Below, one piece after another: positions 54,472 through 63,439 of a stretch of DNA of 64,000 nt (positions are counted from its first letter, which is position 1; every line of letters starts with the position of its first letter). The position numbers and the translations under genes are program-made. Source of the DNA: a virus; IMG/VR virus record IMGVR_UViG_3300007734_000749, positions 2,650 through 66,649 of that record. The stretch is one strand, 5' to 3'. A model generated the notes under the pieces. It had not been told where the DNA came from. It did not search any database and saw only the letters and a program-made list of their open reading frames with translations.

Positions 54472-56364
54472 ATGGCTAACATAAACGTATTTACCAGACT
54501 AAAACGACTTTTCTCTACAGATGTAATTGTAAGAAATCTTGGAGGAGATAATTTAAGAGTTTTAGACGTAAATAAAATCCAAACAACTGGGGAAATTGAA
54601 ACCAATTCTCTATATGATCGTTTTACCAGATTATATACTACCAATTCTTCCCCATATTATAATTTAAATGCTAATTACCCTACTTTACGTCTTAATCTCT
54701 ACCAAGACTATGAAGTAATGGATACAGATGCTATTATAGCTTCTGCACTAGATGTTGTAGCAGATGAATGTACTCTTAAAAATGATTTAGATGAAATTCT
54801 TCAAATCCGTAGTTCTGATGAAGATATTCAAAAAACACTATATCATTTGTTTTATGACGTATTAAATGTTGAATTCAATTTGTGGTCTTGGACCCGCCAA
54901 ATGTGTAAATACGGTGATTTTTTCTTAAAATTAGAAATTGCTGAAAAATACGGTGTATATAATGTTATTCCATTCTCTGCATATAATGTAGCAAGAGAAG
55001 AAGGATATGATCCTAATAATCCTAGTTCTATTAGATTTAGATATGATCCTACAGGTAATCTAGGAGCAAGTGGGTACTATACTCAAACTACTCTTAACCG
55101 CTCAGATAACCCATCAGCATATTATTTGGATAATTATGAAATGGCTCATTTTAGATTATTAGCTGATTCTAATTTTCTTCCATATGGTCGTTCATTCTTA
55201 GAACCTGCTCGTAAATCTTATAAGCAATTAGTTTTAGTAGAAGATGCAATGCTTATTCACCGTATTGTAAGAGCCCCAGAAAGACGAGTATTCTATATTA
55301 ATGTAGGTTCAATTCCTCCAAATGAGATTGAACAATTTATGGAAAGAACTATTTCTAAAATGAAAAGAATTCCATATATGGACCCTCAAACTGGTGAATA
55401 TAATCTTAAATATAATGTTCAAAACATGTTAGAAGATTATTTTATTCCTGTAAGAGGTGGAGATGCTACAACTAAAATAGATACTACTAAAGGATTAGAT
55501 TATGATGGTATTACTGATGTAGTTTACCTAAGAGATAAAATGATGGCTGCTTTAAAAGTACCTAAAGCCTTTATGGGATATGATGCTCAACTACAAGGTA
55601 AAGCTACTTTAGCAGCCGAAGATATTCGCTTTGCTCGTACTATTGATAGAATCCAAAAAATCATCCTCTCAGAATTATATAAAATAGCTTTAGTTCACTT
55701 ATATACTCAAGGGTATACTGGTGAAAATTTATCTAATTTTGAATTAAGTTTAACTAATCCTTCTATTGTTTTTGAACAAGAAAAAATTGCTCTTCTTACA
55801 CAAAAAGTAGAATTAGCTAAAAATATTTTAGACGCTAAACTATTACCTCAAGATTGGGTTTATGATCATATCTTTAACTTTAGTGAAGACACATTTGATG
55901 AATATAGAGATCTAATCATCCAAGACCAAAAATATAAATTTAGACTAAGCCAAATAGAAACCGAAGGTAATGACCCATTAGAATCAGGTACATCTTACGG
56001 CACTCCACATGACTTAGCATCTTTATATGGTAAAGGTAGATATGCATCAGTCTCAGCTGATGTTCCTACTGGATATGAAGCCGATCTACCAGGTCGTCCT
56101 GTAGAGAAAGCAACATTTATAGATACTCAAGAAGATCCTTTAGGTAAAGATAGATTAGGTAAAAAAGATTTTAAAGATGTAGGTGCTGATGATAATAGAT
56201 TTAGGAATAGAAAAAAAGGCCCTAACACTTTTTTAACAAATGAAGATGCTAAATCTGTTGTTTTAAAAAATAAACTCATTTTTGAAACTATGGATAATAA
56301 GATAAATATTTTTCCAAAAAATAATGGAGATGGTTTCTTAGATGAAAATCTATTAAAAGATTAA
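54472..56364 (+). CDS. portal protein (T4 gp20-like)
   Basis: EDAMLIHRIVRAPERRVFYINVG, EDYFIPVRG, ALKVPK. Confidence 0.95.
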   Translation: MANINVFTRLKRLFSTDVIVRNLGGDNLRVLDVNKIQTTGEIETNSLYDRFTRLYTTNSSPYYNLNANYPTLRLNLYQDYEVMDTDAIIASALDVVADECTLKNDLDEILQIRSSDEDIQKTLYHLFYDVLNVEFNLWSWTRQMCKYGDFFLKLEIAEKYGVYNVIPFSAYNVAREEGYDPNNPSSIRFRYDPTGNLGASGYYTQTTLNRSDNPSAYYLDNYEMAHFRLLADSNFLPYGRSFLEPARKSYKQLVLVEDAMLIHRIVRAPERRVFYINVGSIPPNEIEQFMERTISKMKRIPYMDPQTGEYNLKYNVQNMLEDYFIPVRGGDATTKIDTTKGLDYDGITDVVYLRDKMMAALKVPKAFMGYDAQLQGKATLAAEDIRFARTIDRIQKIILSELYKIALVHLYTQGYTGENLSNFELSLTNPSIVFEQEKIALLTQKVELAKNILDAKLLPQDWVYDHIFNFSEDTFDEYRDLIIQDQKYKFRLSQIETEGNDPLESGTSYGTPHDLASLYGKGRYASVSADVPTGYEADLPGRPVEKATFIDTQEDPLGKDRLGKKDFKDVGADDNRFRNRKKGPNTFLTNEDAKSVVLKNKLIFETMDNKINIFPKNNGDGFLDENLLKD

Positions 56365-56396
56365 AAAAATATACATATTTATAAAAAAACAGATTA

Positions 56397-57254
56397 ATGC
56401 AACTTAAACATTCAAAATTTAAGAATACCGGAATTCTTTTTGAATTATTAGTTCGACGAGTAACAGCTGATACTTTAGAAGGTGATGATTCTAAGGCTTT
56501 AGGATTATTAAAAAAATATTTTATTAATACTGAATTAGGTAAAGAATATAAATTATTCGAAACCCTATTTAAAAATCCTAATCTTAGTGAATCTAAAGCT
56601 AACATAGCTATCACTACAGTACTAGAAGCGTCTAAAAAATTAAATAGAACAGCTTTAAGGAAAGAAAAATACAACTTAATTAAAGAAATAAAAGAAAGTT
56701 ACAATTTAGAAGAATTTTTTAAAATTAGAATTTCTCATTACAAAGCATTAGCTTCATTTGCTACTTTATTAGAAATATCTAATTCAAAAAACAATATCCA
56801 TCCTAATACTATAGTAGAAAATAAATTTACTCTTTTGGAATTTCTTACTAAAGGTATTATCAATAAAAATCAAACTAAAGATAAGTTATTAGAAGAATTT
56901 AAAAATTATGATAAGGATACTCGTATTCTTACTTATAAAGTACTTTTAAATAAATTTAATTCTAAATACGAAAATCTTAGTTCTCCCCAAAAACTTATTC
57001 TTAAAGAATATATTAATTCTGTAGATTCAACATCTAAATTAAAAGATTTTTATAATAATAAAATTAATGAAATTAAATCTAAATTATTATTATTAAATAA
57101 AAAAGTTACAGATAAGGTTACTCAAATTAAAATAGTAGAAGTATCTAAATTACTTACTGAATTGGATAAAAACCAAAAAATTAAGGATGATCACCTTATT
57201 GATCTCCTCCAATACTCAGAATTATTAGAAGAACTAAAAAAAACTATTAAATGA
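56397..57254 (+). CDS. conserved head-module protein
   Basis: KHSKFKNTGILFELLVR; between portal and protease. Confidence 0.6.
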   Translation: MQLKHSKFKNTGILFELLVRRVTADTLEGDDSKALGLLKKYFINTELGKEYKLFETLFKNPNLSESKANIAITTVLEASKKLNRTALRKEKYNLIKEIKESYNLEEFFKIRISHYKALASFATLLEISNSKNNIHPNTIVENKFTLLEFLTKGIINKNQTKDKLLEEFKNYDKDTRILTYKVLLNKFNSKYENLSSPQKLILKEYINSVDSTSKLKDFYNNKINEIKSKLLLLNKKVTDKVTQIKIVEVSKLLTELDKNQKIKDDHLIDLLQYSELLEELKKTIK

Positions 57255-57760
57255 ATAATCTAGCATATTTAAAAGAACTAATTAAGAAAAAACTCTCAGA
57301 AACTAGTATTACTGGAGGTACAGCTTCTACTACCCCAGGAACTGGTGAAGGGGTAGCTACAAAATATGCTTATTCTAATAAAAAAATTAAAAGTGTAAAA
57401 GATACAGCATATGCTTCTTTAGGTTTTAAAGATGCTAATCCTGATGTTTTATCAAAAAAACAAAAAGGCATTGAGTATAAACACTTATGGAAATCTAAAC
57501 TAAATGAAGATAATTTTAATGTTGAAAGTTATGTAAATAGTTTAAATACTCAAGATGCTAACGTTAAACAGCATGTAACTCAAAGAATGAAAGAATTTGA
57601 AGAAATAGAAATTAAACTTAATATTTTAATTCCTTTACTTCAAAAAGCTAAACAACAAACTGTCGATTACTATAAACAAAGACCATCTACAAATGATATC
57701 TATAGTACTGAATTAGCTGTAGAATATCTAAATGATTTAATAAAATTATTTAAAAAATAA
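57251..57760 (+). CDS. head-module protein with LKELIK leader
   Basis: LKELIKKKLSE|TS leader; LNE site. Confidence 0.6.
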   Translation: MNNLAYLKELIKKKLSETSITGGTASTTPGTGEGVATKYAYSNKKIKSVKDTAYASLGFKDANPDVLSKKQKGIEYKHLWKSKLNEDNFNVESYVNSLNTQDANVKQHVTQRMKEFEEIEIKLNILIPLLQKAKQQTVDYYKQRPSTNDIYSTELAVEYLNDLIKLFKK

Positions 57761-57761
57761 C

Positions 57762-59171
57762 ATGAAAACACTCCAAGACCAATATAATTTAATCAAAGAA
57801 GGAAAAGGAAATAAAGAAATTTTTCTTAAACAAGCTAAATCTTTATTCCCTCAACATGTTACCAATGCTTCTACATTCCAAGAAGTTACTACTATCTTAA
57901 AACAAAGAGGTATTCTTTCTGAAAATATCGGCGGTGTAGTCACTACAGGTACTATCCCAGATTGGTTTTCCATTTTTAATGAAAATGTATCTAAACTTGA
58001 AGAAAATCCTAATGATGGGTTTGCTGTAGAAAAACCTAATGGTGAAGTAATTAAATATTTCTCTTCATATGATGAAGCATTAGCATATGTTAATCATGTA
58101 GATCCTGATGGAATGGTAGACTTTAATATTAGACAAGTTGACACTACTCCCCAACCATTCCTAAACAAACCATCAACAAATTTAATGGAAGCTAAAGCAA
58201 TAGAAAAAAAAGCTACCAAAGAAGTAACTGATATGGAAACTAAAGGTTATGATTATAAAACACTAGATAATATTGATAATGTTTATGGGCAAGAATTTTT
58301 ATTAGGGTACTTAGTAGAAATGGGTGATGTTAAAAATTCTGATAAGTCTATAGATGAACTAAAAACTATTATTGCTAAAAACTTATCTAAAGATAGATTA
58401 TTTTATGTTAAAAAAGGACAATTTGGTATTAAAGATCTTGGATACACAGATGAGCACCCAGGACTAGGTAAATCAAAAGAACCTAAAGGAAAATATAAAT
58501 CTAGCGGATATGGTGATTTAGAAACTGAAAATTTTGAACCTGAAAAACCTAAATCAAATACTAAAGATTTGGGTGAAAAGGAAAATAAAACAGGAATGCC
58601 TAGAAAAATTGATTTAATGTCTATGGTACCTAAGTCATCTAAAGGTGTTAAAAAAATGCCTATGCCTGGTAAGGAAAAGAAAATTAAATTGCAAGAAACA
58701 GAAATGAATAATACCCAAGAACAAAAACTTCGTAATATTATTGCTAGATTAATCACAGAAGTAATTAATCAAAAAGAAATAGATGCTGCTGGTGAAGAAG
58801 CATCTGTTAAAGCTAAAACTAAATTAATTGATAAAGAAATTAATAAACGTAGAAAAAAACTTAAGGCTTTAACAACTTTAAAAGAACTTGAAGCTGATTC
58901 TGTTAATCCTAAAAAAATTAAAGAATTAAATGATGATATTAAAAAACTAGAAAAACTTAAAGATAAGCTTAATAAAAAGCCTTCTAAAAAATTATCACAA
59001 GAAGAACCTTTAAATGAACGCAGTAAAGAAGAAATTGCTGCTGCTTCTGCTGAACTAGATGCAGAAATAAAAAATAAAGAAACTCAAAAAAAAGCTATTG
59101 ATAAGTCTATTCAAGCACTTAAAAAAGCCCAAGGTACAACTAAATCTGAACAACCTACTGACGCCGCATAA
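57762..59171 (+). CDS. candidate prohead core/internal protein
   Basis: Charged, many LxE sites (LSE, LME, LQE, ITE, LNE); directly upstream of protease. Confidence 0.55.
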   Translation: MKTLQDQYNLIKEGKGNKEIFLKQAKSLFPQHVTNASTFQEVTTILKQRGILSENIGGVVTTGTIPDWFSIFNENVSKLEENPNDGFAVEKPNGEVIKYFSSYDEALAYVNHVDPDGMVDFNIRQVDTTPQPFLNKPSTNLMEAKAIEKKATKEVTDMETKGYDYKTLDNIDNVYGQEFLLGYLVEMGDVKNSDKSIDELKTIIAKNLSKDRLFYVKKGQFGIKDLGYTDEHPGLGKSKEPKGKYKSSGYGDLETENFEPEKPKSNTKDLGEKENKTGMPRKIDLMSMVPKSSKGVKKMPMPGKEKKIKLQETEMNNTQEQKLRNIIARLITEVINQKEIDAAGEEASVKAKTKLIDKEINKRRKKLKALTTLKELEADSVNPKKIKELNDDIKKLEKLKDKLNKKPSKKLSQEEPLNERSKEEIAAASAELDAEIKNKETQKKAIDKSIQALKKAQGTTKSEQPTDAA

Positions 59172-59172
59172 T

Positions 59173-59778
59173 ATGAAACAGACTTTAATTGAAACTAATA
59201 TATTTAGGCCTACTAGTAATTTAGTTATTGGTGAATCCAAGTCTGGTAATGGAAATGTCTTAGTAGAAGGAATATTAGCTACAGCTGAAGTAAAAAATGG
59301 TAATGGTAGATACTATAAAAAAGGACTTTGGAAAAGAGAAATTGATAAGTACCAAAAAAGTGTTGAAGAAAATAGAGCTTTAGGTGAACTAGATCATCCT
59401 GATTCTTCTGTTATAAATTTAAAAAATGTGTCTCACAATATTAAAAAAATATGGTGGGATGGAGATGTAATTAAAGGAGTTATTGAAATTCTTCCTACTC
59501 CTTCTGGCAATATTTTAACTTCTCTTCTTAAAAACAACATTACTGTAGGAGTATCTTCTAGAGGAATGGGATCACTAAAACAAAAAGATGATATCCTAGA
59601 AGTACAAGACGATTTTGAACTTCTTTGCTGGGATTTTGTTTCTACTCCTTCTAACCCAGGATCATATATGCAAGTCATAAGTTTAAACGAAAATAAATCA
59701 AACCCTAACCCTTACACTAAGGTTAATTCTATTATTACAGATATATTATGTGCTAATGGAACTTGCCCTATATTTTAA
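59173..59778 (+). CDS. prohead protease (T4 gp21-like)
   Basis: KNGNGRYY, ALGELDHP, SH.I, TPSG, GVSSRGMGS, DFVSTPS; ATG at 59173. Confidence 0.93.
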   Translation: MKQTLIETNIFRPTSNLVIGESKSGNGNVLVEGILATAEVKNGNGRYYKKGLWKREIDKYQKSVEENRALGELDHPDSSVINLKNVSHNIKKIWWDGDVIKGVIEILPTPSGNILTSLLKNNITVGVSSRGMGSLKQKDDILEVQDDFELLCWDFVSTPSNPGSYMQVISLNENKSNPNPYTKVNSIITDILCANGTCPIF

Positions 59779-59782
59779 TACT

Positions 59783-60013
59783 ATGAAAAATCAACCATTA
59801 TCTGAAGAATTTCGTAAAATGCAAAAAATTGCAGGAATAATTACTGAAATTGATGACATGCAAAGTCTTTATAATCAACTAGAAAAAGAATACTTTCAAG
59901 GAGATAATATAGAAGGTTTAATGACTGATGAAAGATTTAAATCTCTACCTAGAGAAATGAGAACAAAACTCCATACTGTTATATTCAATAACATGAGACA
60001 AAATTACTATTAA
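59783..60013 (+). CDS. small candidate internal head protein
   Basis: MKNQPLSEEFRKMQKIAGIITE. Confidence 0.6.
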   Translation: MKNQPLSEEFRKMQKIAGIITEIDDMQSLYNQLEKEYFQGDNIEGLMTDERFKSLPREMRTKLHTVIFNNMRQNYY

Positions 60014-60041
60014 CCCCTCTTAAAATAGTATTTTAAGATTG

Positions 60042-60071
60042 ATGCCTCATTATTGTGAGGCATTTCTCTTT
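60042..60071 (+). terminator. Rho-independent terminator
   Basis: ATGCCTCA-ttattg-TGAGGCAT then pyrimidine run. Confidence 0.7.
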
Positions 60072-60202
60072 CTGTGCATTTTTGAAGAATCCTCATATAT
60101 GTATATTAGAATATGCCATCAGTCTTATATGGCATTTAACTACAGTTAATCCCCCATTACGTTTTTATTAATAAACGTAGTTCCTAAAACAAATTTACGG
60201 AA

Positions 60203-61603
60203 ATGAAATCAAACAGAGATTTACTCAAAGAAGCTATTGCCGATGCAAAAGCCGTTAAGGAAACTGCTATTGCAAATGCTAAAGCTGCATTAGAAGAAGC
60301 ATTTACTCCTCAACTTAAATCCATGTTATCTCAACGTCTTGCTGAAATGGAAGAAGCCGATGATACTGATGAGTATGGCTTTGGAAAAAATAAAGCAGAC
60401 GGTGATGTTGGATTCGGTTCAATGGGTCAAAAGGCCTTAGATGAAACTGATGAAGAAAAAGAAGGCATGTATGAAGCTGATGAGGAAGAAGAAGCTATGA
60501 ATGAAATTGATCTTGAAGAACTTTTAGCCGAAATGGAAGAAGCTGAAGACGAAGAAGAAGCCATGATGGAAGCTGACGATAAGGAAGAAGCCATGATGGA
60601 AGCTGAAGACGAAGAAGAAGCTATGTATGAAGCTGAAGAGGAAGAAGAAGCTATGATGGAAGCAGACGACCAAGAAGAGGTTGATCTTGAAGAACTTTTA
60701 GCTGAACTTGAAGAAGCTGAAGACGAAGAAGAAGCTATGAATGAAGCTGAAGGTGAAGAAGAAGAAGAGGAAGAGGAAGAAAAAGAAGAAGCTGAAGGTG
60801 ATGATGAAGATATCAACATTGAAAGCATGTCTAAAGAAGAATTTAAGTCTTTTATTGAAGACACTATCAAAGACATGTTCAGCTCTGGTGAACTTTCATC
60901 CGATATGATGTCAGGAGGTGAAGAAGAAGAATCTAAACCACTTGATGAATATACTCTTGAAGAACTTCTTGCTGAAATGAAAGCTAAAAATGCTAAAGAC
61001 AAGTCAATGAAAAAAGAAGTTAAAACTAAAAAAGAAAAAGAACCAGTTAATGAAATAACAGACACTGCCTTAATGCTTACAGCATTAGGAACAGCACTTG
61101 GTATTCCTGCAGCTTCACTAACTATAGCTAAACTTCATGATTTAGCAAAAGCTGGAAAATTAGGAAAAGCAGGTGAAAAAGTTGCTGCTTTCTTAGAAAA
61201 AGCTGGTAAAGCTTCTTCACCTAAAGGTACTGGTGGTGGTACAGGAGGCGTAGCTGAAGCTAATGATGAAGCTAACCAAACTGAGACTATTCAAGAATTA
61301 AGAAAAGAACTTAATGAGGTTAATCTTTTAAACGCAAAACTTCTTTATACAAACAAAATTTTCAAAAACAAGTCGCTTAATGAAGCGCAAAAGGTTAAAG
61401 TTTTAACTGCTTTTGACAAAGCTAATAGTGTTAAAGAAGCAAAATTAGTATATGAAACATTAATGGAGAGCTTAAAACTTAAAAAGCCTTCAATTAATGA
61501 ATCTATGGGATTTGCTTCTAAAACAATCGGTGCTACTAAAGCTCCAATTGTAGAATCTAATAGTATGGTTGAAAGATTTAAAAAATTAGCCGGAATTAAT
61601 TAA
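60203..61603 (+). CDS. prohead scaffold protein (gp22-like)
   Basis: Highly acidic coiled coil between protease and MCP; EVNLLNAKLLY; C-terminal RFKKLAGIN. Confidence 0.85.
   Translation: MKSNRDLLKEAIADAKAVKETAIANAKAALEEAFTPQLKSMLSQRLAEMEEADDTDEYGFGKNKADGDVGFGSMGQKALDETDEEKEGMYEADEEEEAMNEIDLEELLAEMEEAEDEEEAMMEADDKEEAMMEAEDEEEAMYEAEEEEEAMMEADDQEEVDLEELLAELEEAEDEEEAMNEAEGEEEEEEEEEKEEAEGDDEDINIESMSKEEFKSFIEDTIKDMFSSGELSSDMMSGGEEEESKPLDEYTLEELLAEMKAKNAKDKSMKKEVKTKKEKEPVNEITDTALMLTALGTALGIPAASLTIAKLHDLAKAGKLGKAGEKVAAFLEKAGKASSPKGTGGGTGGVAEANDEANQTETIQELRKELNEVNLLNAKLLYTNKIFKNKSLNEAQKVKVLTAFDKANSVKEAKLVYETLMESLKLKKPSINESMGFASKTIGATKAPIVESNSMVERFKKLAGIN
60469..60750 (+). repeat. 30-nt coding tandem repeats (AEDEEEAM(M/Y/N)E) in scaffold
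   Basis: Repeated GAAGCTGAAGACGAAGAAGAAGC(C/T)ATG units; duplicated DLEELLAE block. Confidence 0.85.
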
Positions 61604-61634
61604 TTTAAAAACAATTTAAAACCCCTTTAATAAA

Positions 61635-63320
61635 ATGAGCACAGTTCAAAATTTATTAGAATCTGCTGCTGGCGGTTGGAAAAACTTACAAAACGACGCC
61701 GCTAGATTAGCAAACAAGTGGACCAAGACAGGTTTACTTGAAGGGCTTGGAAGCGAAGTAGACAAAAACAATATGTCACTTATGCTTGAAAACCAAGCAA
61801 AACAACTTGTAGTTGAAGCATCTGCAACTGGTGGTACAGGTGCATTTACTGCTGGTACAGGTGAACAATGGGCAGGTATTGCACTCCCATTAGTACGTAA
61901 GGTATTTGGTCAAATCGCAGCAAAAGAATTTGTTAGCGTTCAACCAATGAACTTACCTTCTGGTCTTGTATTCTATTTGGATTTCCAATATGGTACTACC
62001 AAAACTCCATTCACTAATGGTACATCAATGTATGGTAACACAGGCTCAGCATATCCATTCTCTAATAATGCTGCGGCTGGTGGTTTATATGGTGCTGGTC
62101 GTTTTTCATACTCTACTAACCTATTCTCAGCTTCAAATGGTACAGTAACTACAGCTTCTAACTATGTATCTGCATCTACAGCTGCTGAAAAACAAGCTCA
62201 ATGGGCTGCTTTAGGTTACGAATCTAGCCTTTCAGCTTCAGTTGCTGCTGGTCAAATTTGGACATTAACATTATCAACTCTTGGTGCAGTTTCTGCCTCT
62301 CTTGATAATGAAGCAGTTCGTGCATTTACAGTATCTGGTTCTGGTACTACTAATATGATTCCTGCCAATGTACTAAGTGCATATACTACTATTAATTCAG
62401 CACAAACCGCCATTACATTCTACCTTACTGGTAGCTCTACTGATATTGGTGGTAATATCACCCCAGTATTATTCTATCAAAAGGAAACTACTGACTCTGG
62501 TCGTGGTGATTTCGAATCTGGATCTTCAGTTTCATCCCCTAACGCATTAGGTGCTAATATTTCTATCCCAGAAATTAACGTAAAAATGCGTTCTGAAGCA
62601 ATTGTTGCTAAGACCAAGAAATTAAAGGCTGTATGGACACCTGAATTTGCTCAAGACCTTAATGCTTATCAAGCTTTAGATGCTGAAGCTGAATTAACAA
62701 GCATTATGAGTGAGTATATTTCATTAGAAATCGACCTTGAAATCTTAGATATGTTGATTCAAGATGTTCCAACTTCTAATGTTGAATATTGGAGTGCTGT
62801 TAACAACTTTACTTTAGATGCTTCAACTAACCCATCTTCAACTTTAGGTTTCTACAACACCCAAGGTCAATGGTTCCAAACTCTTGGTACTAAGATTCAA
62901 AAACTTAGCAACAAGATTCACCAATTAACCCTTCGTGGTGGTGCTAACTTCATGGTATGCTCCCCTACAGTAGCTACCATCATTGAATCAATCCCAGGAT
63001 TTGCTTCAAACTCTGATGGTAATGTTGCTAAAATGCAATATGCATTTGGTGTACAGAAGTCTGGTAATTTAAATAGCAAATACAATGTTTATAAGAACCC
63101 ATACATGACTGAAAACACTATCTTAGTTGGTTTCCGCGGTACTCAGTTCTTAGAAGCAGGTGCTGTGTTTGCTCCATATATTCCATTGATTATGACTCCA
63201 TTAGTGTACGATCCAGAAACCTTCACTCCACGTAAAGGTTTGATGACTCGTTTCGCTAAGAAGATGTTACGTCCTGAATTCTATGGTAAGATTTATGTTC
63301 ACGGTTTGAATACCCTTTAA
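61635..63320 (+). CDS. major capsid protein (T4 gp23-like)
   Basis: LENQA, LVRKVF, VQPM..PSGL.F, KLKAVWTPEFAQDL.A, EIDLEI, GANF, APYIPL, FTPRKG..TR. Confidence 0.97.
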   Translation: MSTVQNLLESAAGGWKNLQNDAARLANKWTKTGLLEGLGSEVDKNNMSLMLENQAKQLVVEASATGGTGAFTAGTGEQWAGIALPLVRKVFGQIAAKEFVSVQPMNLPSGLVFYLDFQYGTTKTPFTNGTSMYGNTGSAYPFSNNAAAGGLYGAGRFSYSTNLFSASNGTVTTASNYVSASTAAEKQAQWAALGYESSLSASVAAGQIWTLTLSTLGAVSASLDNEAVRAFTVSGSGTTNMIPANVLSAYTTINSAQTAITFYLTGSSTDIGGNITPVLFYQKETTDSGRGDFESGSSVSSPNALGANISIPEINVKMRSEAIVAKTKKLKAVWTPEFAQDLNAYQALDAEAELTSIMSEYISLEIDLEILDMLIQDVPTSNVEYWSAVNNFTLDASTNPSSTLGFYNTQGQWFQTLGTKIQKLSNKIHQLTLRGGANFMVCSPTVATIIESIPGFASNSDGNVAKMQYAFGVQKSGNLNSKYNVYKNPYMTENTILVGFRGTQFLEAGAVFAPYIPLIMTPLVYDPETFTPRKGLMTRFAKKMLRPEFYGKIYVHGLNTL

Positions 63321-63341
63321 TCATAAATTAAATAATTAAAA

Positions 63342-63374
63342 GAGGCCGAGTTTTTCTCGGCCTTTTTTATTTTT
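63342..63374 (+). terminator. Rho-independent terminator after MCP
   Basis: AGGCCGAG-ttttt-CTCGGCCT then T run. Confidence 0.92.
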
Positions 63375-63439
63375 CTCTATATAGGTTTTTATTTCTACTA
63401 TATTTTACTTATATTTATATTAAAATAAAAGTATATAAA

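Larger units (their letters stand above)
12517..63419 (+). promoter_or_regulatory. recurrent candidate late-promoter motif (A)TATTTATA
   Basis: At 12517, 18075, 21031, 31132, 36113, 47354, 52308, 54457, 56376 and 63412, each ~5-25 nt upstream of lysis, structural or island genes; variants at 44048 (TATTTATT) and 60098 (TATGTATA). Confidence 0.7.

Noticed and set aside
60427-61065. Ser-rich minus-strand ORF (also 44298..44618, 45585..45809, 20099..20467, 58403..58756 and similar)
   Set aside because: Antisense shadows of Glu-rich or repetitive + strand genes
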